Positions 9,547 through 19,305 of a stretch of 32,000 bases of DNA are shown here, piece by piece. Origin of the DNA: Okeania sp. (GTDB lineage Bacteria; Cyanobacteriota; Cyanobacteriia; Cyanobacteriales; Microcoleaceae); assembly GCF_035285525.1 (NCBI RefSeq), contig NZ_JAYKGW010000168.1, forward strand, positions 1 through 32,000, written 5' to 3'. A program made the position numbers and the translations under genes. Under the pieces are notes generated by a model. It saw only the letters and a program-made list of their open reading frames with translations. It ran no database searches and was not told where the DNA came from. Positions within the stretch are counted from its first letter, which is position 1. Every line of letters begins with the position of its first letter.

Positions 9547-10137
9547 TCAACGTTCTTCAATTACTTGGTCAATTAGACCATATTCTTTTGCTTCTTCAGC
9601 AGACATAAAATAGTCACGATCCGTATCTTTTTCTATCTTTTCCAAAGACTGACCTGTACGCTCCGCTAACATATTATTCAATACCGATCTAACCCTTAAA
9701 ATTTCCTTAGCTTCAATCTCAATATCCGTAGCTTGACCACGAGTACCTCCCATTGGTTGGTGAATCATAATCCTAGAATTAGGTAAAGCCAGTCTTTTAC
9801 CTTTAGTTCCAGCAGCTAATAAAAATGAACCCATTGAAGCAGCTAAACCCAAACAAATAGTAATAATATCTGCCTTAATATACTGCATAGTATCGTAAAT
9901 TGCCAACCCTGCTGTGACAGAACCACCAGGAGAATTTATATAAAGATAAATTGGCTTATTTGGATCGTCAGAATCCAAATACAACATATAAGCTACAATT
10001 CTATTTGCTATAGCATCTGTAACTTCTTGACCGAGAAAAATAATTCGTTCCTGACCAAGACGGGTATAAATATCTATCCATCTTTCATACTGACTACCAG
10101 GAAGACGATAAGGAACACTGGGAACACCTATAGGCAT
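9547..10137 (-). CDS. clpP: ATP-dependent Clp protease proteolytic subunit (ClpP3-type by synteny with clpR)
   Basis: 196-aa ORF. Catalytic triad contexts are intact: GLAASMGSF (Ser), IMIHQP (His), DTDRDYFMS (Asp). It lies downstream of clpR on the same strand. Confidence 0.95.
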   Translation of the reverse strand: MPIGVPSVPYRLPGSQYERWIDIYTRLGQERIIFLGQEVTDAIANRIVAYMLYLDSDDPNKPIYLYINSPGGSVTAGLAIYDTMQYIKADIITICLGLAASMGSFLLAAGTKGKRLALPNSRIMIHQPMGGTRGQATDIEIEAKEILRVRSVLNNMLAERTGQSLEKIEKDTDRDYFMSAEEAKEYGLIDQVIEER

Positions 10138-10159
10138 AATACTTTTTTTCCGTTTAATT

Positions 10160-10300
10160 TTATTGAGAACTTAATTTCAGTTATTCAGTTAGCCTCCTTC
10201 GGAGGAACTTCGCTAACAGTTATCAGTTATCAGTACGTCCTCAAATAGGAAAGCTTGAAATACTGAAATTTATTTTTTTCATCCCCCTTAAAATAAAAAG
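10160..10300 (-). repeat. Dispersed repeat family E inside the clpR-clpP3 spacer
   Basis: The reverse complement of ggaaagcttgaaatactgaaatttatttttttcatcccccttaaaa matches ccccttaaaaagggatgaaaaaaatttcgattcagtatttcaagcttc at about 23631-23680. It also carries (CAGTTAT)n heptamers. Confidence 0.6.
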
Positions 10301-10381
10301 GGAGCTTGAAGACCTGATTTTTTGCTAAAGATATTGGTGATTATTTTCTACTTGTTAAAACTTGTTTCTTTTACAGATAAT

Positions 10382-11071
10382 TTAAACAGTAGCAGGTAAA
10401 GGTTTTGGTAATTCTTTTCTACTTGCTAAAACTTGGTCAATCAAACCATATTCTTTAGCTATTTCTGGAGTCATATAAAGCATTCTATCTGTATCTTTAG
10501 CAATCTTTTCTACTGATTGACCTGTATTTTTAGACAGAATATTTAAAAAAGTTGTCTTATTAGCAATAACCTCTTTTGCTCTAATGGAAATATCTGTTGC
10601 TTGACCTCTTGCTCCTGTTTTAGCTTGATTCAAAACTATAGTAGCATGAGGTAAACTTGCCCGATATCCTTTTGTTCCAGCAGACAAAATCATAGCTGCT
10701 GTACCCATAGCTTGACCAATGCATATTGTATGAATTGGTGGTTTTACATAACTCATTGTGTCACAAATAGCAAATGCTTCTGTCTCAAAACCAACAGCAT
10801 CTCCTGTATACCAAGAAGTACCAGTAGAATTAATATAAAAATAAATTGGTTTATCGGGATTATCGAATTGTAAATAAAGCAATTGAGCAATAATTAATTG
10901 AGTAACATCAATACCTATATTTCTTTTTACTTCATCCGATGAAAATAATGGCAACCCCAAATAAACGATTCGTTCTTTTAACATTAAAGATTCTAAATCG
11001 GGGGGTGGTGTCCGAAAAGATGCGTCTCCATAATAAGTGCTGGTTTGAACTGCTTTTATTGGTGATTCCAT
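10382..11071 (-). CDS. clpR: ClpR, catalytically inactive ClpP paralogue
   Basis: 229-aa ClpP-fold ORF in which all three triad positions are substituted when aligned to the neighbouring ClpP: CIGQAMGTAAM (Ser to Gly), IVLNQA (His to Asn), DTDRMLYMT (Asp to Met). Confidence 0.9.
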   Translation of the reverse strand: MESPIKAVQTSTYYGDASFRTPPPDLESLMLKERIVYLGLPLFSSDEVKRNIGIDVTQLIIAQLLYLQFDNPDKPIYFYINSTGTSWYTGDAVGFETEAFAICDTMSYVKPPIHTICIGQAMGTAAMILSAGTKGYRASLPHATIVLNQAKTGARGQATDISIRAKEVIANKTTFLNILSKNTGQSVEKIAKDTDRMLYMTPEIAKEYGLIDQVLASRKELPKPLPATV

Positions 11072-11293
11072 TAGATAATTCCTAATAATGATTGTACTAT
11101 CTTTTGATTATATTTAGGTTGTGCAATGTTATTGTAGCGGATATGATTGATTATTAGCCATATTCTTGATATATAATATTACTCTAACTATTCTTAACTT
11201 AAAATACTTTTTTTGTCTAGGTGTGGATTGTACTATAATTATTAGGCAAAAATGAAAAATTTACCATTACTTAGTTTTCTGAGTTAATCTTGT

Positions 11294-11503
11294 AAGTATT
11301 CAGCTATTAGCCCTCAGCTATCAGCAATAACACCTTATCTTTAAGGATAGGTTTTAAGTGAATATAAACTTTAGATATGACTTTATATAGTAAAGTAAAA
11401 TTTTTCTAGCTAAATTAATAAAGCTTTTATCGCTCACTAAAAACAATAGCTGAATTTCGCAGTTACGACCTAGGAAGTTAGCTTATAAATGACGGCTGCT
11501 TAC
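11294..11503. mobile_element. MITE-like element, family B (copy B2)
   Basis: Left gtaagtattcagctattagccctcagctatcagc; right aaatgacggctgcttac. Interior is shared with the 7765-8399 cluster. Confidence 0.65.
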
Positions 11504-11600
11504 TTAATCTTTACCAGAGATAGTGTTGACTTTCTCAGTAAAATTTTTCCATAATTATCTATACTCCTTAAACAACTAATTTTCTTGATATTTATATTAA

Positions 11601-11794
11601 TAAGCATTCAGCACTAAACTATCAGTTTCTCAGAATATATATAATTTATTGTCAGAGAAAAGTAAAGCTTGACAACTAAAACTCATTGTTTTTATGCTTG
11701 AATTATCTAGTTCAAAATGCAGGAGAAGTAAAAAAAGTCCTTGCTTCATTTATCTCAAGATATGACCCCTGACTCCTAATAGCTGAATGCTTAA
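11601..11794. mobile_element. MITE-like element, family B (copy B3)
   Basis: Clear TIRs taagcattcagcac (left) and tagctgaatgctta (right), about 194 bp apart. Confidence 0.7.
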
Positions 11795-11868
11795 CTTATA
11801 TCGAAATTTTCCCCTATATTTTTGGAGATATTATTAAATTAGTAGTTAAAAAAATCCTCATACATTTT

Positions 11869-13107
11869 ATGAAAGTTAATTTACATTCAGCCCTCAACGA
11901 TATTAATATTGATGCCTCTCAATCTTCATCTCAACGTCAAATGGCCATATCTATCTCAGCTATGGCTAATGATTTAGAACGAAATGTACCATTAAACCTC
12001 TGTTTAATTTTAGACCACAGTGGTTCGATGGAGGGAAAACCACTCGAAACAGTTAAACAAGCAGCAACACAACTTGTAGAAAAATTAAAGGAAGGCGATC
12101 GCCTTTCAGTAGTAGCTTTTGATCATAGATCAAAAGTAATTGTTCGGAATCAAATTATTAATGATACTAATAGTATTAAGCGTGAAATTAACAAACTAAG
12201 AGCTTCTGGTGGTACTGCTATTGATGAAGGATTAAAGTTAGGAATAGAAGAATTAGGTAAGGGTCAAAAAGATGCTATTTCTCAGGTTTTTCTGTTAACT
12301 GATGGGGAAAACGAACATGGAGATAATGACCGTTGTCTCAAGCTAGCAAAGTTAGCAACAGATTATAATATGACTTTAAATTCTCTAGGATTTGGTGATG
12401 ATTGGAATCAAGATATTTTGGAAAAAATTGCTGATGCTGGAGGCGGAACTCTTGCCTATATTCAAAGACCAGAACAGGCAATAGAAGAGTTTAGTAAATT
12501 ATTTAGTCGGATTCAATCTGTAGAACTTACTAACTCTTATTTACAATTTTCTTTAATGCCTAAAGTTAGATTGGCAGAACTTAAACCTATTGCCCAAGTT
12601 GCACCAGATACTATTGAATTACCAGTTCAAAAAGAGGAAAATGGATTTCTAGTCAGACTGGGAGATTTAATGAAAAATGTAGAAAGAGTTGTTTTAATTA
12701 ATATTTATATAGGGAAATTACCAGCAGGAAAACAAACAATTGCTGAATTAAAAATTCGTTATAATGACCCTGCTAAAAGTAAGAAAGATTTACTTTCCGA
12801 ATCAATTTTAATTGAAGCTAATTTTATGGAAAAATACCAACCTGAAGTTAACCCCCAAGTACAAAATCATATCTTAGCTTTAGCAAAATATAGACAAACT
12901 CAAATAGCTGAAACTAAATTACAACAAGGTGATAGATCCGGTGCAGCTACAATGTTACAAACAGCAGCTAAAACAGCATTGCAAATGGGAGATACAGGAG
13001 CAGCAACTGTTTTACAAACCAGCGCTACTCGTCTCCAAGATGGAGAAGAACTTTCAGAAGCAGAACGGAAAAAAACCAGAATTGTTTCCAAAACTATTTT
13101 AAAATAG
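11869..13107 (+). CDS. von Willebrand factor type A (VWA) domain protein
   Basis: 412-aa ORF. MIDAS motif DHSGSM, GGTAI and LLTDGE motifs. The C-terminal tail has tandem GxxGAAT(M/V)LQT(A/S)A repeats. Confidence 0.85.
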   Translation: MKVNLHSALNDINIDASQSSSQRQMAISISAMANDLERNVPLNLCLILDHSGSMEGKPLETVKQAATQLVEKLKEGDRLSVVAFDHRSKVIVRNQIINDTNSIKREINKLRASGGTAIDEGLKLGIEELGKGQKDAISQVFLLTDGENEHGDNDRCLKLAKLATDYNMTLNSLGFGDDWNQDILEKIADAGGGTLAYIQRPEQAIEEFSKLFSRIQSVELTNSYLQFSLMPKVRLAELKPIAQVAPDTIELPVQKEENGFLVRLGDLMKNVERVVLINIYIGKLPAGKQTIAELKIRYNDPAKSKKDLLSESILIEANFMEKYQPEVNPQVQNHILALAKYRQTQIAETKLQQGDRSGAATMLQTAAKTALQMGDTGAATVLQTSATRLQDGEELSEAERKKTRIVSKTILK

Positions 13108-13163
13108 AAGGTACTTTTCTATTATTTTAACCAGGGAAAAATTCCTTGGTTAATAATTAGGAT

Positions 13164-13352
13164 GTAAGCATTCAGCCATCAGCCTCAGCTATCAGCTATT
13201 TTTTTTGTTTTAGATGTAAATCCTATCTTTAAGACTATACTTTATAAACATTTCTCTTGATATAAAACTGTATAATAGATAGCTTTAAAAGCAGAGTATT
13301 GTTGCTATTAAAGGAGTTTTTCTACAGGAGGCTAGCTGACAGCTAATACCTA
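13164..13352. mobile_element. MITE-like element, family B (copy B4)
   Basis: Left gtaagcattcagccatcagcctcagctatcagc; right ggctagctgacagctaataccta. Confidence 0.6.
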
Positions 13353-13462
13353 TTCTCATTCTAAATACTATTTATTGACATAATTTTATTGTTAACTAGC
13401 TTTTGTGGTTTTTCTAGTTATTTTTACCGTCTTCCAAGTATAGCATTACTGTGGAGAAATTC

Positions 13463-13553
13463 TATAGTCATTCTGATTTAGATTGAGACAAGGTTTTCTT
13501 GCTGTGAAAGGGTTTTCGCTGAAAAAGTGTTATTCTTATTCGGAATGACTATA
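13463..13553. mobile_element. Small MITE-like element, family F
   Basis: TIRs tatagtcattctga (left) and tcggaatgactata (right), 12 of 13 complementary, 91 bp overall. Confidence 0.55.
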
Positions 13554-13880
13554 TAATACCTCAATGCTTAGATTAGGATTTGCTGACAACGCTTTTCTTT
13601 CTTGATGAACCACATTGCCATAAACAAAATTTTGTAGGGATTTTGTATGCAACGTCCCTACTTTGATTTACTCACATGAAAACTGCTATATGGAAAAACT
13701 TTTGGTAAAGGCATTTATTTAGAATCCAGAAATTAAGAAGAATGGAAATTATAGAAAAGCTCTTCAAAATAATCGTCCTTTATTTTCTGCCCAACTCATG
13801 CTCAAAATTATCACTTTTTGAGCATGAGTAACTAATAGCAAACAAACAATAAAAAATAAGATTTCCCATATAAAAAATTA

Positions 13881-14573
13881 TCAAAGACTTTTCATTGATG
13901 CTTTTGCTTCCTGGCGCAGTCTATCAGCAATTCTAAATAATTCTTGACCTGTATGTAAATAATAATCATCATAATTTAAAGTAAATAACTCTAAATCCTC
14001 TATTCCATCACTAACCTGATTCAAACAATAATATAAATGAGCAGCTACTCCCGCAAAATTAGATGGATTTGGTTGAGAATTAAATAAGTTATGAGCTTTT
14101 GTCAGTAAACGTCGAGAACTTTCTAAATAATCTTGAAAAGATTCAAGTAATTCATCATCAAATGGATCAGCAGCCAAATCATCAATTTCTCTTTTTAAAG
14201 GTCTCAATATTTGAACTATGATTCTGTTAACTGGTTTGTAAACTTGATTTAACCATTTTTGCAGATTTCCATCAACATTCTTGCTTCTTGTATGGTATTT
14301 TCGATAACCTTGGCTAGCTGCTTCATACCTATAAGAATTTTGATTAAATTGATGATTATCATAAGACCTTCTTCTTTGGGGATCCCCTAATACTTCATAA
14401 GCTTCATTAATCCTAATAATATTATCATGGCCTGCAGTATCTGTATTAGTATCTGGATGAAATACCTTCACTAAACGACGATATGCTTGTTTAATTTGTC
14501 CTTGAGTTGCAGTAGGATTAACATCTAGGGTTTTGTAATAGTCAGAAGTCACCATCGAACCATATTTTTTCAA
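13881..14573 (-). CDS. J-domain (DnaJ-like) protein
   Basis: 230-aa ORF. DYYKTLDVNPTATQGQIKQAYRRLVKVFHPDTN with HPD. No Zn-finger or C-terminal DnaJ domains. The start could be Met7 (14555). Confidence 0.85.
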   Translation of the reverse strand: MKKYGSMVTSDYYKTLDVNPTATQGQIKQAYRRLVKVFHPDTNTDTAGHDNIIRINEAYEVLGDPQRRRSYDNHQFNQNSYRYEAASQGYRKYHTRSKNVDGNLQKWLNQVYKPVNRIIVQILRPLKREIDDLAADPFDDELLESFQDYLESSRRLLTKAHNLFNSQPNPSNFAGVAAHLYYCLNQVSDGIEDLELFTLNYDDYYLHTGQELFRIADRLRQEAKASMKSL

Positions 14574-14707
14574 TAACTACAATAACAAATATAGCGACTG
14601 TAAATAACTTCTGAACAGGTGCTGAAGGGATAATAAGTAAGCTAAAAGCTTTTGGAATCAGATTTTCAGCAAACCTCTTCCCAGAAAAAATTAGTGGTTA
14701 GGATGAA

Positions 14708-14847
14708 CTATTTAGGGTTTGCTGATTTCTCGGGAACCGTAAAAGTCTTTTTGTAGGAGTAGGGGAGTAGGGGAGTAGGGGAGGGGGTAATTTTTTTTGC
14801 CCAACGATAAGCCGAAGTTTGAGGTTTAATCAGCAAGCCCTAAATAG
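14708..14847. mobile_element. MITE-like element, family A (short copy A4) containing an (AGGGGAGT)n octamer repeat
   Basis: TIRs ctatttagggtttgctgatt and aatcagcaagccctaaatag. Internal octamer repeat aggggagt aggggagt aggggagg at 14761-14784. Confidence 0.7.
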
Positions 14848-15080
14848 GGCTTGCTTATGGAAATATCAAAGTTTCTATAGGTAAATTATAGCTTTTTCAA
14901 TCCCAAAAAAGTGCAACTTTTACAAATATAACCACCAAAAAGTTAAGATTTTAGCAAGACTAAAGGTAGAAAAACCAAGGCACAATTATTTCTCCTAATC
15001 TCTCTGTCTTCCCACTCTCCCCACACTTCCCACCCTCCTCACTCTCCCTATACTCTTCTTTTTTGAGCAAACCCTAATTA
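14840..15080. mobile_element. MITE-like element, family A (copy A5), abutting A4
   Basis: Left ctaaatagggcttgcttatgg; right ttttgagcaaaccctaatta ending at 15080. The cysK stop codon TAG (15076-15074) lies inside this terminus. Confidence 0.65.
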
Positions 15081-16039
15081 TTGAATGTGGCCAAAGTTAA
15101 TTCTGGTTCTTGAAACAATGGCGTACTTAAATAACGCTCCCCAAAACTAGGCTGAATCATCACTATTAACTTTCCATCATTTTCTGGACGCTTGGCTACT
15201 TCGATGGCTGCACAAAGAGCAGCTCCTGTAGAAATACCAGACAAGATACCTTCTTCCTTAGCTATACGACGACCATAAGCGATCGCCTCACTATCAGAAA
15301 CTTGGATTATTTCATCAATAATTTCTGTATTTAGTACCTCTGGCACAAAACCAGCTCCTATTCCCTGAATTTTATGTGGTCCAGGTTTGCCACCTGATAA
15401 AACTGGACTTTTAGAAGGTTCCACAGCGATCACTTGAAATTCAGGTTTTCTGGCTTTAATGGTTTCTGCAACTCCACTAATTGTGCCACCAGTACCAACA
15501 CCAGCCACCAGAATATCTAGTTTACCATCTGTATCTTCCCATATTTCTAGGGCTGTAGTTTTACTATGAATTTCTGGATTAGCTGGATTCTGAAATTGCT
15601 GTAACATATAATACTTGTCACTAAATGAATCTACAATTTCTTGTGCTTTGGTAATAGCACCTCTCATTCCTTTACTACCTGGAGTTAACACTAATTCTGC
15701 TCCATAAGCTCGTAACATAGCACGACGTTCTATACTCATTGTTTCTGGCATAGTCAAAATTAGCTTGTAACCCCTAGCAGCAGCTACCATTGCCAAAGCA
15801 ATACCTGTATTTCCAGAAGTTGGTTCAACTAATGTAGTTTTCCCTGGTGCAATTAAACCTTCACGCTCTGCTACATTAATCATATTTACACCAATACGAT
15901 CTTTGACGGAAGCAGTAGGGTTCATTCCTTCTAGCTTTACTAATATTTTTGCCAGACAACCTTCTGCTTGAGGAATACGATTAAGTTTTACTAAGGGAGT
16001 GTTACCTACTAATTCTGTAATGTTTTGAGCTATACGCAT
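15074..16039 (-). CDS. cysK: Cysteine synthase A (O-acetylserine sulfhydrylase)
   Basis: PLP-enzyme motifs: NPTASVKDR (Lys), [15 protein letters not shown] use the start at Met29 of the tracked ORF ([17 protein letters not shown]), giving the 321 aa typical of CysK. Confidence 0.9.
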   Translation of the reverse strand: MRIAQNITELVGNTPLVKLNRIPQAEGCLAKILVKLEGMNPTASVKDRIGVNMINVAEREGLIAPGKTTLVEPTSGNTGIALAMVAAARGYKLILTMPETMSIERRAMLRAYGAELVLTPGSKGMRGAITKAQEIVDSFSDKYYMLQQFQNPANPEIHSKTTALEIWEDTDGKLDILVAGVGTGGTISGVAETIKARKPEFQVIAVEPSKSPVLSGGKPGPHKIQGIGAGFVPEVLNTEIIDEIIQVSDSEAIAYGRRIAKEEGILSGISTGAALCAAIEVAKRPENDGKLIVMIQPSFGERYLSTPLFQEPELTLATFNN

Positions 16040-16772
16040 AATATTTATCACTGATGTTAAACTTTTAATTTTAACAATACTCTTGGAGTGGAAAATTACC
16101 AACATTTTCATTCTCTGAAGCACCCCACAAAAAAATTGCCCGCCACAGAATTTTCGATTGCATACTCACTATTATTGTGATATATTAGATATTAACTAGG
16201 GTTGTTAGTCTATGTGCATGACTTTTTATTCAACAAAAAAATAGAACTTGTTACTAATAGAAGAAAATGTTGTAAAGTATAAATTCAAGAAATGCGGTCG
16301 GCTTGACCGTTAATGCTTGTGGACGGAGAGCTGCCGACGATTAGGGACTTTGTATAATAGCATCCCTACAGCAGGAAGTAACACAGTAAAATGTCAGACT
16401 ATGAGGTTTTATATCGGTTTTATGAAGCAGGAAAATCAACCATAAAGATATCTAATATCTTCACTGGACAGTGCAAAATTCTAGGAATAACTATTGCTAG
16501 CTAAGGATTTCAGCCATTTAAAAGTTAGAAACTTTCTAATGAGAACTGTAGGTGCTGTAAGCCTTTACCAGTAATGCTTTAACCCTTGAAAACAAATAAT
16601 TTTTTAGGATAACTTTGTACTCTCCATATCTTCACATACAACCAATTTATTATCTTCGCCTGAGACTAAATTTTTGAGAAACCCAGTTATTTCGTGAACA
16701 CAGGAAATATAGGAAGGAAAAACGCAACGTGCAACTTTCCTAGAAAATACAACAACCGGTCATTATAATTCA

Positions 16773-16794
16773 TAGGGTGGCAAATACCACCCTA
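16773..16794. terminator. Hairpin downstream of the porin gene (possible bidirectional terminator)
   Basis: tagggtgg caaata ccacccta: 8-bp stem 18 nt past the porin stop. The T5 run is only on the + strand side, so function for the minus-strand porin gene is uncertain. Confidence 0.35.
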
Positions 16795-16811
16795 ATTTTT
16801 CTAACCAACAA

Positions 16812-18677
16812 CTAGAATTGGAAAGTAGTTCTGAGAGTACCAATAATTAAATCATCATTATCATCACTCTGATTAGCATTAGTAACATAAGTCAAACCAG
16901 GAGTAATAGAAATGTTATCTGAAACCTGGTACTTGTAGAATGCCTCAAAATGCCATGACTGGTCTTGTCTTAATCCAGTACCCAAACCACGAGGAACATC
17001 TAAACCATTCATATAAGGTTCCCGGCCTACAACAATACCACCTAAACTGCCTTCCCTAAACAAATTAGGAAAAGCCAGATTAGCCCCATAGGTCCACATT
17101 TCAAAATCACCTAAGCCACTTAGTTTACCATCAATAAATGTACCAAAACCATTAAGAGTAACCCAACTAGCAGCTCGCCAAGAAACCTCTACACCATAAG
17201 CATTAGTCACAACTGATTTAGCAATATTGTTTGGACCTCTACGATTATTAATCCCAGCATTTAAACCATATACACTATTAGCAATACCAGTTCCCACAAA
17301 TCCACTATTAGCACCTATCCCTGTAGCCGCACCATCATCAAATCCAAAATTACCTGGTCCAAAATAACCATAGTTATAGGTAAGTCCAAGTTGAAAATTT
17401 CTGACTGGGGTAAAAGTTAATTGTGCCAGAGCAGCATGGTCTCCATTAAATAGACCTTTACCATCACTAGCATTTTCAGCTTCCGCTGCTAAGTAACCAA
17501 AAGATAGAGAGAATGGACTATGGCTACAAGCATATTTATCTTTACAGCCAAAATCATACTCAACTCCAATTCCTGCACCTCCCCCTAAACGATAAATAGG
17601 GTTCCTTTGACCAAAAGCACTAAGGGAACCACTTCCGCCATCAAAATCTTCCATGTAAGGATTAAGTGTAGGCACAAAGTCGTACCAACTTACATTATTA
17701 GCAGCAAGAGTTACTCTGATGTTATCTTTGAGAGGGAACTTATAGAATAACTTATCTAGCGCAAACGTATTACCTGTATTGTTGATATTAAAGGTTTGAG
17801 TTCCCTGAGCCTCACTTATTCCCTGGTTGAATGCTTGAGCATCACTTGCTTGTAATCTAGTAAACAATAAGTCTTCACCAGAAAAGCTAGTATTGAAATT
17901 CAGGCGTACCCGATATTGGAATGCTGTTTGGTCTTCATCTTGACGGCCTTCACCAAAAACTCCATATCTGCCTTCATTTTCAAAGTTATCAACAACGGCA
18001 AAAATAGTTTCACCTGTGAGTTTGGTAGTAGTAGAAAATTGATTGGCTTCTAATTCAGCAGCACGAGCTTCTAGACTATCTACGCGACCCCGAATAATTG
18101 CTAATTCTGCGGCAAACTCTTCTTGTATTCTTTCTAGAATAGCCAAGTCATCCTTAGTTACTACATCTCCTAGAGAACTTTGTATAACTTCTGTAATTCT
18201 ATCTAGGCAAGCGTTAACACCAGCAGCAAATTCAAAACGGGTCAAAGCGCGGTTCCCTTTGAAAGTACCATCTGGATATCCAGCAATACATCCATAACGT
18301 TCTACTAAAGATTGTAGTGCTTGATATGCCCAATCTGTAGGTTGAACATCAGAAAGTTGATTTACAGAAGTAACTTGACCTTTGGCATCTCTAGGAACAC
18401 CGGGTTGACGAAGATTACGACCTTCTCTACCATAGCGGTTAATTTGTTGTATAGTAGTTCTTGGTGTATTTGTAACGGAGTTAGCTGAATTTGTTCCAGG
18501 AATTTGAGCTAATAATTGAGTTCCTTGTGTTTCTAAGGTTTCAGTTGTTGCAGCTTGAGGCTGAATAACTGTATCATAATTTTTGTTTTCAATCGCCACA
18601 GCGGTTGAAGATGCAGCTACGGTTGCGACCAAGACTGCTGGACTAAAGACTAGAAAATTCCAGAATATTTTTGACAT
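16812..18677 (-). CDS. Outer-membrane porin with N-terminal SLH domain and OprB-like beta-barrel
   Basis: 621-aa ORF. Signal peptide; SLH motif DVQPTDWAYQALQSLVERYGCIAGYPDGTFKGNRALTRFEFA; coiled-coil linker; Gly/aromatic-rich beta-strand region ending in a C-terminal Phe (TTFQF). Confidence 0.9.
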   Translation of the reverse strand: MSKIFWNFLVFSPAVLVATVAASSTAVAIENKNYDTVIQPQAATTETLETQGTQLLAQIPGTNSANSVTNTPRTTIQQINRYGREGRNLRQPGVPRDAKGQVTSVNQLSDVQPTDWAYQALQSLVERYGCIAGYPDGTFKGNRALTRFEFAAGVNACLDRITEVIQSSLGDVVTKDDLAILERIQEEFAAELAIIRGRVDSLEARAAELEANQFSTTTKLTGETIFAVVDNFENEGRYGVFGEGRQDEDQTAFQYRVRLNFNTSFSGEDLLFTRLQASDAQAFNQGISEAQGTQTFNINNTGNTFALDKLFYKFPLKDNIRVTLAANNVSWYDFVPTLNPYMEDFDGGSGSLSAFGQRNPIYRLGGGAGIGVEYDFGCKDKYACSHSPFSLSFGYLAAEAENASDGKGLFNGDHAALAQLTFTPVRNFQLGLTYNYGYFGPGNFGFDDGAATGIGANSGFVGTGIANSVYGLNAGINNRRGPNNIAKSVVTNAYGVEVSWRAASWVTLNGFGTFIDGKLSGLGDFEMWTYGANLAFPNLFREGSLGGIVVGREPYMNGLDVPRGLGTGLRQDQSWHFEAFYKYQVSDNISITPGLTYVTNANQSDDNDDLIIGTLRTTFQF

Positions 18678-19305
18678 TTTATCTTCATCCTCACACAGAC
18701 TACAGAGGTACTATTTGGTTTTTCTATTGGTTGATTTTTTATAGGGTAGAGTAATTAATTATTGCTTGATAATATTGCATCTCCTTTGGACATTAAAAAT
18801 AGGCTTAAATAGCAGATAGTCCAATTTTCTTTCAGAGGTAAGATACCTTTTTCTCGAACTGGATTAGCACAACATTAATATAAACACCCTAGAACAAAAT
18901 CTGATATTTGCTCGACTTCTTTATAGCACAAATATATTCTTCATTTTACTTTTACTACAAATTTAGGTTTTTTTGCCTTAAAACCTTAATCTCTTACTTT
19001 TGAGCTATACCCTAGCTAAGAACTAGGAAACTATCAACTTGTTCGTCTAAATATTAAGTTCAGTAAACAATTAACAGACTATCAAAAATTAATCATTAAG
19101 AAAGTTTTTTGTCTATGATACTGTATATTTATATGAAGCTTGCATATTTTACTACAATACGCTATTTTTTGGAAAATACTTTTTTTTATTGTTAAAATAA
19201 ACCCAAGAAATATTTACTAACATTATTCTCGGCTCTTTCAAAACCTATAACTCTCAAAACACCTTATACAAATAAACCTATTTCTTTTAGAGCGATCGCC
19301 TATAG

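Noticed and set aside
8491-14573. The two J-domain proteins as a possible paired or novel chaperone system
   Set aside because: They are 4.7 kb apart with unrelated genes between them. They have unrelated C-terminal regions. Multiple orphan J-proteins are normal in cyanobacteria.
16040-16123. N-terminal extensions of tracked ORFs (cysK 16040-16123; J-protein 9133-9222; psbD 22314-22328)
   Set aside because: The extensions have no homology to the respective families, run into repeat or AT-rich DNA, and internal Met codons reproduce canonical N-termini and lengths (352 aa for D2, 321 aa for CysK).
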